Source: Somniosus microcephalus
Lineage: Eukaryota
Assembly: GCA_052327205.1 (NCBI GenBank)
Contig: CM126225.1
Span: forward strand, 38,068,001 to 38,132,000
Reading direction: 5' to 3'
Length of the DNA stretch: 64,000 nucleotides
This document shows, in pieces, positions 13,905-26,524 of this stretch. Position 1 is the stretch's first letter; each line of letters begins with the position of its first letter. Under the pieces are notes generated by a model. That model had not been told where the DNA came from, ran no database searches, and saw only the letters and a list, made by a program, of their open reading frames with translations. Made by a program: the position numbers and the translations under genes.

Positions 13905-14066
13905 GGGGTGAAACTGGTCTTGGGAGCTAGCGCAAACGGGCGATAGCAAACGTCATTTACACCCCGACCAGTTTTCTTTTCCAAATGGAAATCGGGCAGG
14001 CTGTAAAACGAGCTGCTGATTCGCTATCACATGTTTTGCGCTAGCTCCCAAGACCAGTTTCATCCC
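13905..14066. mobile_element. Short fold-back MITE (162 bp)
   Basis: GGGGTGAAACTGGTCTTGGGAGCTAGCGCAAA ... TTTGCGCTAGCTCCCAAGACCAGTTTCATCCC; about 32-bp near-perfect TIR, flanks ATT/AAT. Confidence 0.85.
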
Positions 14067-14619
14067 AATGTTTCATAGATAGTTTGCATTGAGCCAAAAA
14101 AAAATAGATTTAGCTGGTAAGGCAAAAAAGTAACCCGTTCCTGGCTTTGACTGTTTTGAAGTCTTGTTTATTTTACAGCACAGATTTACTTGGTTTTGCT
14201 GTTGCCTTTTCTATTTTTTTTTCCTCCCAACATTTTCCTTCCATGCACTGGGTTTGTGGTTGGCAAGTATGTGATGCATCAGAAAGTCTCTTGACATTTA
14301 TGATTACAAAAACTGAATGTGGCCACAAAACAAATACATTCAAACCAGATATGAGCAATGAAAGTTGTAAAAAGTATTTTATGAAAAACAAGAAGAATCA
14401 CTGGGGAGTAAGTCGCAGAGGTTAAGGCAGTCCTCTCATTAACACTGCATATGTTGTAAAAGCTGCCCTCCATTATGAGGAAATGCTTCCCCAGGCACAG
14501 TTTAAAAGAAAATATATAGCACATTAATATTTAATCCAAGTCTCCTGGCCAATTTTCTTTCCCTACAACATAATAGGAAATTTTATTTTTAATGCCAGTC
14601 CTTTTTTTATGCCAATTTT

Positions 14620-15020
14620 CTTGTCCTCCCCTCCTTTCCTGAAGGCATTGATTCCTTGCTTTCGTAACTCCTTACTGGCACATGGTTTCACTGGTCCTGG
14701 GTGTGTTCTTTTACTTCACCCAAGTGGCCATTATGCGATAGCCAAGCTAGTGAGTGTTGGCAGGCCATTGAGTCACGGGGTGGGGAGGGGGGCATTACAA
14801 CCGAGTCCAATCCACTCCTCATCTGACATCACGTGTGCACTTCCAGCAAGAGCCAATAGATATCACTCGAGAGTGGGAATCGTAGTCAGTGTTCCCCTCT
14901 TAACCTGGAGAAGCTACGGCCAATTGTACCCGCCCCACAACAACGGAATGAGATCTGCCGAGTTAGGACAGGCGAGGAATTGAATCTGGGGCCGCCTTGG
15001 TCTCGCCGCTACTCACTGGA
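14620..15020 (-). mobile_element. Older tRNA-like SINE family B
   Basis: Reverse complement of family-B motifs (CCTTTCCTGAAGGCATTGA, CCCAAGTGGCCATT, CACGTGTGCACTTCCAGCA, GGAATTGAATCTGGGG). Confidence 0.65.
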
Positions 15021-15944
15021 TTAATCATCGGGAGCCAACGAAGAAATCGTTTTTTTTTTAAATTGAAACAAAGCCACGGTGCACTGTTGCAACCAGACAC
15101 GGTGCTTTTTGTGTGCCTATTTTTAAATCCTTTTACTTTGAGCAATTTCAGGAATTTCTGTTATTTTTAATGGTAATTGACCAGCCCATTTTAATCTTCA
15201 TAGGGAAGCAAAATTTTGAATCAAACTATACATAATGTGATGTGTTTAATACAGCAGGGATCAGGAATCACTCAAGTTTATCAGTGTCTGTTGTTATTAA
15301 ACTGATCCAGCATGGCGCCACATTCCTTACAACATTTATCCTGGATAGAGGCCCACAGGTAATGAGGGATGCTGCCAGTGTACAGTATGTAGCAGAACTG
15401 GAATTAGAATGGGAAGTTTGGCTTCACGTACCTTGAGATGTTTTATGTGCAGTTTACAGCCTAAAAACATAATTAAAATATAGATCAGGATTTCTGTACT
15501 TTGGAAGTGAATTGGACTGGAACACTGAAATTTGATCCAGTGCCAGGTGAAGCCCAGTACCCGCACAGCTCTAAGCAGGTGTACGGCAAGAAAAGACAGC
15601 GTGTGCGCCACTGAATTTAACTCTTTGAGTACTGAGTTTGGGTTTGTAAAATAATTTTTTTTCTTTCATGTGACTTTGGCATGTTGGAGCATTGGAGCTA
15701 AGTTGTGGTACGCATTTAAGTGGTAGAAGAAAGCTTGATGTCTGAAATTCCCCAAAGACCAAACTCCCAACCGCAAGCCTTACATTGTATTTACAGCTCA
15801 GAAATAGGCCATTTGACCCAACAGGTCCATGCCAGTGTTTATGCTCCACAGAAAGCATAAACGCCTTGACTCAAAGAAACATGCAGAACGCGGGTGGCGG
15901 GTGGGAGAGAATCGGGGGGCTGAGTAACTCCAGACTATTCTTCC

Positions 15945-16104
15945 CTCTGTAACTTCCTCCAGCCCTACAACCCTCAGAGATGTTTGTGCTCCTTCAATTC
16001 CTTGCACATCCCCAATTTTCATCACTCCGCCGTTGGCGGCCGTACCTTCAGCTGCCTAAGCCGTCAGCTCTGGAAATCCCTCTAAACCACTCTGCCCCTC
16101 TACC
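15945..16104 (+). mobile_element. L2 LINE 3' fragment
   Basis: CCTCCAGCCCTACAACCCTC...GGCGGCCGTACCTTCAGCTGCCTAAGCC...CTCTGGAA (GGRAFS..APxLWN motif). Confidence 0.8.
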
Positions 16105-16560
16105 TGTTTCAACCGTGGCTCAGATGGTAGCACCTTCGCCTCTGAGTCAGAAGGTTGTGGGTTCAAGTCCCACTCCAGAAACTTGAGCACGAAAATCCAG
16201 GCTGACACTCCAGTGCAGTACTGAGGGAGTGCTGCACTGTTGGAGGTGCAGTCTTTCGAATTAGATGTTCAACTGAGGCCCCGTCTGCTCTCTCAGGCGG
16301 ATGTAAAAGATCCCACGGCACTATTCCGAAGAAGCGCAGGGGAGTTATCCCCGGTGTCCTGGCCAATATTTATCCCTCAATCAACATCAATAAAAAACAG
16401 ATTATCTGGTCATTATCACATTGCTGCCTGTGGGAGCTTGCTGTGTTTCCTACATTACAACGGTGACTACACTTCAAACAGTATTTCATTGGCTGTAAAG
16501 TGCTTTGGGACGTTTGGTGGTCGTGAAAGGCGCTGTATAAATGCAAGTTGTTGTTGTTAG
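16105..16560 (+). mobile_element. Full-length DeuSINE (SacSINE1-like): tRNA head, Deu domain, L2-like tail
   Basis: GTGGCTCAGATGGTAGC A box, GGTTCAAGTCCC B box, Deu core AAAGATCCCACGGCACTATT...CCCCGGTGTCCTGGCCAA, tail GTGAAAGGCGCTGTATAAATGCAAG(TTG)n. Confidence 0.85.
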
Positions 16561-16721
16561 TTACACCTCCTGGCTACAGATTGGCAGAAAAATGCTTGCC
16601 AAGCATTTTATTGGACTCTTTGTTGTCTGGCACAGAGACCCAAGCACAGGAATGGGGAATAAGATGTAAGGTATCTTACAAATTTGTGATTGTTTTACAA
16701 ATTATTTCTTGCTTGGAATGT

Positions 16722-16932
16722 ATCAATAGAATGTGATTAGAATGTGGAATTTGCTACCACAGGGAGTAATTGAGGTGACTGCATTTAAGGGGAAGCTAGA
16801 TAAGCACATGAGGGAGAAAGGAATAGAAGGATATGTTGATGGGGTTAGATGAAGGGTGGGAGGAGGCTTGTGTGACGCATAAATGCCAGCATCGTTCTTT
16901 TGGGCCAAATGGCCTGTTTCTGTGCTGTAAAT
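16722..16932 (+). mobile_element. CR1 LINE 3' end
   Basis: AGAATGTGGAATTTGCTACCACAGGGAG...TTTAAGGGGAAGCTAGATAAG...TGGGCCAAATGGCCTGTTTCTGTGCTGTA. Confidence 0.8.
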
Positions 16933-17384
16933 AGTTCATAGTACTTGTACATCAAATGGTGATGATGTTGGATGTAGAAAGGCATATCCACCGTCTTTAA
17001 TTTCAAACAAATATAACTCAACATTGGTTTCCCTGCTGCTGCTGTCAGTCAGAGGGATTCAGAGAGTGACTTGAGCGGAGCTGTTTTTTTTGCTCTAATA
17101 GGAAAATCAGCTCCCAAAATTTTTAGTGATGCAAGTTGATCTCCCATGACATTGTATACAGGAAGTCACAACCAAGTATAGTCTTCTGGTGAAACGGGGT
17201 TAAAGGGCAGAGTTAATTGGATCAGGGCGTGTAGATATAATTCAGATCCCAGTTTAAAGCCATACGTTCTGTCTTTATTTTTTATGTAACACTTTGATTT
17301 TATATCATTGTCTCTAATTAAATAGCAAAACTTCTGGGGGAAAGCAGAGAAGTGGAGTTGGTTGAAACATAGGAGTTTCCTAGC

Positions 17385-17527
17385 AGATAAGGGAATTAGG
17401 GGTTACGGGGAGAGGGCAGGGAAGTGGACGTGAGTCTAGATTCGGATCAGCCATGATCCTATTGAATGGCGGAGCAGGCCCGAGGGGCCGTATGGCCTAC
17501 TCCTGCTCCTACTTCTTATGTTCTTAG
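17385..17527 (+). mobile_element. CR1 (HER1-type) 3' UTR
   Basis: GATCAGCCATGATCCTATTGAATGGCGGAGCAGGCCCGAGGGGCCGTATGGCCTACTCCTGCTCCTACTTCTTATGTTCTTA. Confidence 0.85.
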
Positions 17528-19771
17528 ATGCAAAACTGAGGCAGTGCAAAGCCATCACTGCCAGGGGGATGTAATTACAGTGTAACAAGTCTACTAGGGC
17601 AGTTGCCATTATAAATGTGGACGTAGGAATATATAATGGAATAAGGTTGCAGGAAGTAGGTGCAGATGTAAATGTTTAATGTGTTAGTAGATGTAGTTAG
17701 CCAAAACAGTTAGGTGACCAAATAATGCATGAAAAATACAAGTGACTGAATCAGAGCACTGTATAAGACCAGTGTTCAAGGAAATCCCAAAATGTTCCTG
17801 TTGGTTCTATAAGAAACTTGAGCTGAAAATGCAACGTGTGATTGTTCAATTAAATAAATTTGGACTTACTAGGCAAAATAATCCAGTTCCAGGGATGAGA
17901 TCAAATGATGGATGGAACGGGCATGTCTCTGGTGCTGCCACTTGCAGAGGGTCGTTGTGGGGGGCCTGTACTGGGCGTAGCAATTATTGGCCATGTGTTG
18001 CTATGGGAGCACTGAAAGGAAGTCTTCTGAGTGATACTCTGTGCTTTCGTACCTTGTTGGAACCATTATGAAGTCAATAATTGGTTTATGTGCAAGTTTG
18101 TCAACAGGAAGTTCTTGCCTGCGATAGACTCCTGACTAATGGAGCCTTTAACTGGTAGTATTCTTTGGTTATACCTAACATATTGAATTTTGGTGGAAGA
18201 ATGCTGCTGCAGTCCTCAAAGGGTTAAAGGTCATTGAAGGATTGTTAACATTTCAGTGAAAATTCAGATGTTATTTTAGATATTACAGTAAGGAGTTGAA
18301 GGACAAGCCAATAGCTATTTAGTTTCAAAAGGTTAAGAATTTTTCTTTTAATGAAAGGAGTCTGTAGTTGGGATTGTCTCTTGTCTAGTCCGTCTGCGCC
18401 ATTCATCTTCTCCATTACTTTGCGCTGCTTGTCACATCTCATTCCCTTTGTTGTTGTAACAGATGGGTTTGATGAATCTCTCCTCCACTCAAGAAGGTCA
18501 CATTTGATTAAGGGTTCAGACTTAACTCCTTTAATCAACAGAAACATGAGGATATTGATTTTTTTTAAAAATAAGATAATTCAGAAAATCTAATAGTTTG
18601 TCACCTGGCATGTGGTTTTATGTTTCTGTCCCTCTGTTTTGTATTTCAGTAGAAATGCAAGGGATTCTGTAGTAGTTGAACTCCTTAGTACAGCAATAAT
18701 ACATGTGTGTGTGTTTAAAACAGAATGATGGACATCTTAATATGTTCACTTAAATTAAAAACACTCAACAATGCTGTTAGTTTGTAAAATGTTGTCTTTT
18801 CAAGCTTGTGTTTTGTCTAGAGACACTGGAAGTACCGGTGCCTACAGATCTGTTACTGGTGGTAGTTGTACTGGGAGCAATTTGAGTTGATGAATTAAGA
18901 CCATCACACAAGAACCATATTAGCACAACACTAAGAGATTTTGACTTAAGTGTATTTTTTTCTATACAGCAGTGACGACACTGAGATAAGTTTTAAAAGA
19001 AATAATACATTTAACCCAATTTCAACACCCAACAAGAAGGGATTTTGTTTTCCTGGTCGGAGAGACAGGCGAGGAAAAGGTTGTGTTAAGAGTGAAAACG
19101 TGTACACTGGAGGTGGAGGGTTCACAGATCCCTTTCAAGTCAGACTGTACAATTCCTCAATCTATGATGTAAAATCTATGAGGACTGATGCAGTGTTACT
19201 GCATTGTTCCCTGTAGCTATCTATCCCTTGGTGTCCATACATCCTGGTAATGGATGTAATTAGGAACTCCTGCCTCAGTCAGTTTAGCAGCAATATTTTT
19301 TTCAAAATGAGCCCTTATCATCTCCTGTGCGCTGTGGGACATTTCTGGCTTATTGCTTTGATATACACCAGTGCCTGTTGCGACAGGTAGTAGCTGAACC
19401 ACACTTGTCTGGCTGTGAGATTTACCTATTCAATGTCAAAAGGCATTTTCAAAAAAAAAAATGTTTTAATTTGGCAACTTCCCACTCCGCAGGGCTCCAT
19501 GCATAAGGAGCACAAGGGAAGCTGTTCTCCAGCCTGTCTAAATGAAAAATGACTGATGATTGCAAATTCCTGTAAATAGTAGTCTCCATCCCTGAACTCC
19601 TTCTGTCATGACGGTGCACACTAGTCAGATTTGAAATATTTTCTCAACTGAAGCAAATGAAAGTTTTTGGATCCGTCTCTTGTTGCAGTACGTAAATACC
19701 CTAACCTGATAAGCTAATTCCTGAGCTGTTTGGACGGGTCTGCTCCAGGCCAGGGATGGCGTTACCAAGAG

Positions 19772-19956
19772 TCATGGTGTGGAGATGCCGGTGTTGGACT
19801 GGGGTGGACAAATGTAAGAAGTCACACAACACCAGGTTATAGTCCAACAGTTTTATTTGAAATCACAAGCTGTCGGAGGAAGGAGCAGCGCTCCGAAAGC
19901 TTGTGATTTCAAATAAAACTGTTGGACTATAACCTGGTGTTGTGTGACTTCTTACA
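19772..19956. mobile_element. Penelope-type pseudo-LTR remnant folded into a 66-bp inverted repeat
   Basis: Arms 19813-19878 and 19891-19956 with 1 mismatch; flanks GTTACCAAGAG / GTTATCAAGAG; partial hammerhead GAGGA-A-GGAGC-AGC-GCTCC-GAAA-GCTT. Confidence 0.75.
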
Positions 19957-20199
19957 GTTATCAAGAGCAGCAGAGTGACATGCTGTACAGTACAATTTAA
20001 TGGAAAGCTCCTTGCAATTTGCATGCGGAGTATTTCATCGTACAGCTTTGTGTGGAACGGATTGTTGGCAGTATCACCAGGAAATGTTCTGTGTGGTAAT
20101 TTAATATAATTACATCTGATCCTGGTCCTGGGTGAAGTACTGGAGGCACCCAGTACCTGTGGAAATGTATCTCAGCAGGAATTAACTGCTCTTGGCCAG

Positions 20200-20440
20200 G
20201 GTGGCAATAGGTGTGCTGTGATTGACACTTTGGCTCGGGAGAAGAAAAATCAGCCAAGCTTCCTGCTTGCTATCCAGTGACCCCTGCTGGAAAGTATGCC
20301 TGCAGGGATGTTGGAGGAGGATGTTTGCTGTCTAGGTTCACACATGAAGAATGGTTACTTGGACGAAGTACAAAAGGAACCCAGTCCCGTGGAAATGTAC
20401 CCCAGCTGGAGCCAGCACCCCCAGGAGAGGAGGAGAGAAG
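20200..20440 (+). mobile_element. SINE family B 3' part
   Basis: AAATCAGCCAAGCTTCCTGC...TATCCAGTGACCCCTGCTGGAAAG...CACACATGAAGAATGG...CAGGAGAGGAGGAGAG. Confidence 0.7.
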
Positions 20441-21749
20441 ATATCTTTAAATAATATGCAAGCCACATAAGCTGTGGTAGTGTCTCCAGAACCAGCTCAT
20501 TACAGTATAGGGGTAAAGTGTAACAGGTTTTCTACCTTCTGTGACTAAAATCCTTAACTTTTTGTGAAGTGTAATCCACAAATATCTGTAGAAGTGCTCA
20601 TCCTGTCACAAAAGTGTTCCTTAGTATTATCTGTAAACATTTCCATATGGATTACTGGCGGTAATGGTTATAGTATGTGGAATATCTCGACTGGCTTGGT
20701 TAGTGTCTATAGCCCGGTATAACCTTCCAGAACTTCTGTTTGGCAGCAATCCTGTTTATTTTCTCCTCTCCTTTCCTCAAGGCACTGGCTTGTACTCAGC
20801 TATGGCTAGATAGGTGCCGGACACTCTCAGTAACTCACCCAAGGGACATCAAAGCTGAGCCCAAGCCTGTTTTCATTTGATATCCATATACATGCACTTT
20901 CCAGTGGGGCTATGGATGGCAATCGAGAGTGGAAACCTTGGATGGGGCCCCTGCTGCTGTGTAAACCCCAGGAAGTGTACCTTTCCCAACTTAACATTTT
21001 GCAAAAGCATCCATAGCTTCCTGGTGACCAGTACCTCCTTCAAGGCAACTGTACTATACTGATTCTCCAATTTGCCCCAGTTCTGCTTGCAGTCTGATTT
21101 AGTGACTGTTCTGACCCCACACTCAGCTGTGACCTTCTGGGATTCGTCCTCCTCAAGCCTCTGAAATGCCTCTGGTTTTATCTCAAATGTTACTTTTCTC
21201 CCCCTTTTGCCCTTGCTACTATGGGATGAAGGCAACAAAGGCATAGAAGATGAGGATTGGGAGGGCGACATCTTGTTGCTTAGGAGGCAAGATCCATAAT
21301 AAAATGAGTGTATGCATGATGCTTGCAGGTAATGGAGCCCTGAAGGATAGGGCAGGGTCCTACTCTAATTAGTATTGATATAGTGAAGGAAAAATCCTTA
21401 ATGAAAGAGTGCTGAATTTTGAACACCTTCATTTGTCTCTCATTGGATATCTCCAGCCAGGCTTGGGAAATTGTTGGGAAGGAATGCATGGTTTGAACCT
21501 GCAGTCCTAACTCTCTATTCTGCAATGTGACAGCATAGTAACCCACTATGCCACAAAGCTGTTTAATATATTTATTATATAAAGAAAATGCACATGCCAA
21601 AATTCTGAGTCTGGGCCGCCTGCAAGACACCACGCCCACCGCCAGTATATATTGGAAGATCACGGGCCTACTGCTCATGATTTCCAGCCATTAAAGTCAA
21701 TGGACAGAAAATCATGGACAATGGGCATGTGTTTTTCTTGTAAGTGTTG

Positions 21750-22008
21750 GCAGTGGATGAGATCCCTAACTGGTGGTCCACACTCCGAATTTACCAATCA
21801 ATACCAGTGACTCTTGGATGTGTGGACTTTGGGCATGGGCAGGCTCAGGTTTTGTCTGCGGTGCCTTCCACAGTGAAACAGCCCGCTGCTGCTCACAGCC
21901 TGGGCTCACGCATGAAGAATGCCCTTTGGGTAGGGCATTGGAGGTCTGCCAGTGCCCATGCAACCACAGTCAAGAATTGGTGCCTTCACAAGAGGAGGAA
22001 AGAAAATT
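21750..22008 (+). mobile_element. SINE family B 3' part
   Basis: GGCTCACGCATGAAGAATGCCCTTTGGG...GCCTTCACAAGAGGAGGAAAGAAAATTG. Confidence 0.65.
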
Positions 22009-23357
22009 GTATTTAAAAAATGCACATCGCGCACTAAGTGAAGTTTTAACTTTTTAATGTAGTGCATGTTTGTGGGTCACAGAAGATGGTTATTACTGTG
22101 GACATTTTCCAGCATATTTAAATCCTCTAACAATTTAACTCCCACACTAAAGACATTCTAGGGGCACGTGACTATGAAAGGATTTACTTTGCTATAATTC
22201 TTGTGACGGTTCAGATTAAAAAACCTACAATCCTGTGAGAGCAAGAGAAGTAAGGGAGCGCAGCAGAAGGTAAGAACACAGAACAGAGACAAAAAGCCAC
22301 AGAAACAGGTGACAGGATAGAGAGAAAAAGGAGGAAAAGAAAGGAAATGGAAGAGCTGAATAGGGAAAATAGGAAAAGTAACAGTATGTGAATGAAATCC
22401 TGCAGTCTGTGTGGTCTTTCTGTGAAAATGTGAATGTGCTTTTTGATTTGTAGTCATGCAGAAGACTTGCAGGGTTGGAATGATCTTAGGAATATCGCGT
22501 GTGTGTTGAGGAGGACTGCTTGGAACCTGATGAAAAAAGAGAACAACTGTTTTTATTTTAGGCTTGCTGTCTGGATCCTGGTCCTCATGCCGCCCTTCAT
22601 CAAGTATTGCATTTTTTTAGAGGGAGATTTCCTGAATCCTAGACTCGGCACTGTTTTTCCAGATTACTTTACTTCATTAATTAATAATAATATTTCATAC
22701 TGTCACCCGCCTAGTTCGTGTTTTCCAATAGGAACTAATGGAGACTCCGACCAGTCAGCAGTGTAGTCTCAAGCTTTTCCTGCCTGTGTGCAGCTGTACT
22801 CTTGTTTTCTGGAGCAGTGAGGTAACCGTCTTATGTGTTTAACCCATATTATTAATCTGTGAGGCCTAAATGTTGATTTGACCTCTACAATATCCAACTG
22901 TTCCAAGGCCAGTAATTTAACCAGCAACAATCAGATGGCTGCACAACATCCGGTCATTTTTATACTGAGTAAACTTTGCAACCATTTGCCCACAAGAACT
23001 GCTGAACTGTTAAATAAAATCATGGGAAGCATTAAAGAGTGTTGCCCTGGGACAGATCGAAGATGATAAAGAAAAAGCTGAGGGAACTTAGATCTAGTTG
23101 TGAGAGAGCATGGAGCTTGTGAAGAAAGGCCACATATATTAATAACCGTGTTAACATGAGTTTGTTTGAGCCAATGGTTGTTACCCCAGTCATTGTGGTT
23201 TGAGCCTGACCACTTCCAGGCCAGCAAAGACTAATACCCTCTCAATTGATGTCATTGCTATATCGCTGGTCTGGGGCTCTGACCTAATACAGCACTCAGA
23301 AATAATGTGGCAGTACATATGGAGGCCATGACAGCATTTTTTTCTGCTTCCTAATTC

Positions 23358-23730
23358 TACCAATTTTCTCCCCACCACCACTCCTCTCCTGAAGGCAGTG
23401 ACTTTTTGGCTGGGGTACAATTCCATGGGCACCATTTGCCTTCCGGTTCCTTGCTCCAGTGGATCAACATTCACTGTGTGTGAACCTAGATAGTGAGCAA
23501 GATGTTTGACCATAGGGGACACCACAGTTGAGCACGACCGTGTCCTCATCCAATGTCACTCCACAGTCACTGGAGAGGAATGGGGACCCTGGATGAGTTC
23601 CTCTCCCCAGCCCAGCAACACGAAAGGTGATTGCAGCATCCTAGCTGCTGTCCCAGGTGAGATCAGTTAGCTCATCACAGACCGGGAACTAAATCTGAGT
23701 CTGTCTGGTTTAGTACTACACTGGGTGGCC
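23358..23730 (-). mobile_element. SINE family B
   Basis: CAATTTTCTCCCC...CTCTCCTGAAGGCAGTGACT...GCTGGGGTACAATTCCATGGG...GAGATCAGTTAGCTCATCACAGACCGGG. Confidence 0.7.
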
Positions 23731-26524
23731 CCTTCATCTACTAGATTATATAGCGAGTGTGGCTGTTTTAACCGTACAGTCAGGCCTAACCTGAGCTCTA
23801 AAATAATGGGAGATCAAGAAAATATTTTCATTAATTAAAGTACCTCTCATGGAAAGTCCAATTTTATAAAATGTTAAATGCATAAATATTGAAGATCAAC
23901 TTTGTTCTACTTATTTAAAAAAATACTGCAATTCAGTGGTGATCCATGGAGCAGTGTGTCAATGAATGATGTACTGGGGCAGACATTCCTATTACTGCAC
24001 ATATTGTGTATTGAATTGCATAGAGGAAAACTGAGTGGGTAGGATTGCATGGTGGTAATGGAGCCAGCCCAATTATCGAGCAGTGCAATCCTCCCCACCT
24101 GATTTATCTCTATGCCCTGTGTCCAGGTGATTCAAAGCATCCAGGCATAATTTTCTCCACTGTGTTTGGGACTGAAATACTGTATTAAGGATACCTGTCA
24201 ATCTGCGGTATTATTAAAAGGGTAGAATTTAGTTTGGTCCCTTCGGTGTCAGTTCCAGAGTTTGCACGCTGCTGCTCTCAGTGCTATCTAATACTTGGAT
24301 GGCATTATTAAACTAGAGCAGATGAAAGATACATCAGTGTCCTTTCAACATTAATGGCTGGCTACTATCAGCAGCTGGTTGGTTGATATTCAGTGGTCAG
24401 TGAGGCATGTTCCTATCAGCTACCACTGTGCATTCTACATCCCCATAATGGAGTGCGAGGCAGTCTACATCAGCATGGGCTGTGAAAGAGCTTCAGTATT
24501 CTAAACAAACTAACAACAGTTGAAGCTGCTGATACAGCACATCACCGCTGCAAATGATAGATAAAATGACAAAACAAAATCCTGTGAGAGCTTCTACCGC
24601 CCTTGTTGGAACCGTGCATTGAGAGAAGCTTGTATTCTTGTTTAAAAATATAGCAGTTTTAAAAATAACAATGTATTTGGTGATTTGCCAAAAATAAAAA
24701 TTTTCAGGACAGAAAATAAAATAAAGAACTTAGCATACTTTGTGACTATGTTTAAACATTGGTAAAATGATTTGAAAATGAAAACCATTGACAAGTTTTG
24801 TATTCCTAATTAGAAAATTACAAATGCTGCCAATTTTAATTAGAGTACAGAACAATTATGTTGAAGACAGTAACGTGTCAGTTAACAACCTGACTCTTAT
24901 TTTGTGTACACAACATAATGTCAGAAATCCTAATGTTAAGAAAGGACAAAGTTTCTGAGAGTCTTGCAAGTTTGTGACTGAAAGCCATAGTTATCGAGTC
25001 ATAACAGCACAGAAGGAGGCCATTCGGCCCATTGAGTCCATGCCGGGGTTCACACAAAGGAACGTGTGCCCTTTTAAAAAAATTTAAATGTAATTATCTG
25101 CATCACTTTTGGCAGTACTGTGATGTTAATCTCACTTTTTTGTTTACTCTCAGGGTGAAACCAGCCTTCAAAAAAAAATATCTATGTTTCAGTCATTCCC
25201 TTGAAATTATCCTCATTGAATCTGGGTATATTGCATGTTTCCTGGGAAGCAACATTGGGCTGCAAATAGGTGAGAACATGCAGCTGACGTTTCCTCAGTC
25301 TCCCTATGTCCAAAATAACAGGCCCTGGGACTGGGGAGTATCTTTTTTAATTTCCATCGCACTCAGTTTTCTTCCATCCCCTCCTGCTGACGCTGACTCA
25401 TGCTAGGATACTGTTTTACTGGCACGAGCTACAATCCAATACTTTGTTCAAGTGACCGATGTTTATCTGTGAGCCTCGGCGGAGTGGTAGCTGGCAATTC
25501 GACCTCAGGGTGCGTCACAGCTGAGCCCGATCCTCTCCCATTCTCCACATTTGCCCTTTCCATGATTAGCCACTGAATAGCAATCAAAAGTTAATAACCT
25601 GGCTCTTTTTTCCCTCTTCCTAGTCAGTTGTACTGAGGCCCATTGTGGCTACGCAATGTGGAGCACCATTGAAGACCCAAGGGAAGGGGTACAGCTACGC
25701 TTATCAATCAGTATCATTTTCCAATTGTTGCATCATACCATGATTAATTAAACCAAATGTTTGTAGTAACTCATAGGGGATAGTACATTGAAACTTTGGA
25801 GGTATAACAGCATTTGTGTGAATGAACAACACAATTTCATCCCAAAGGATTGAGTTATATGCTGCGAGGCATTGGGTTTTACAACGCCCATGTTCATCTT
25901 ATGAGGCTTATTCTGGAGTGAACCTGCTGTGGGTTAAGTTTGAAAATGAATTTGCTTTATAAATTCTCCTGGAGTATGGACCCGTGATATGGTCCAGGAT
26001 ATAAAGTCCCACTTCCAGGCGCGGGATTTATCCCAGATTGACTCTGAAATTAGTGATCAGGTGTAAAGTGTTTCTGGATTTAGGATTTTGTAGTTGGTAT
26101 GATTTAGCAGAGCAGTTGCAGAAACCTTTACAAGGTAAACAGCTAGAAATGTTTCTGTTTCAAAGCTCTCCCCTCTTCCCCCTTGGTTTCTGTTGAGCTG
26201 TGGAGTGGAGATTTGCATCAGTCTGTGAGAAATGGTTGATGTAAATCTGTGGATTGAGACCGAAGTGCAACGGTGCACTGGCAGGTAATTAGCACCTCCT
26301 GGCATGTAAACCGACTGAAGGCTGCCTTCACTTGACCCAAACGGAATGTGATAGTGCAGAGTGCACAGGAACCTGTCTATGGTCCAACTGCAGGAAGTTC
26401 TGATGTGAATTCCTAATCCATTTCAATATGGTCTCCCACCTAGACTTCAAATCCACTTGCTAAAGCATTTGCAACGATTAGGGTTACCTGTGGAAAGATG
26501 GATTTAACTACATGGATTTAGATG

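Noticed and set aside
16113-16175. tRNA gene (A and B boxes)
   Set aside because: It is the tRNA-derived head of a SINE that continues into the Deu domain; the same applies at 9621, 44520 and 53810
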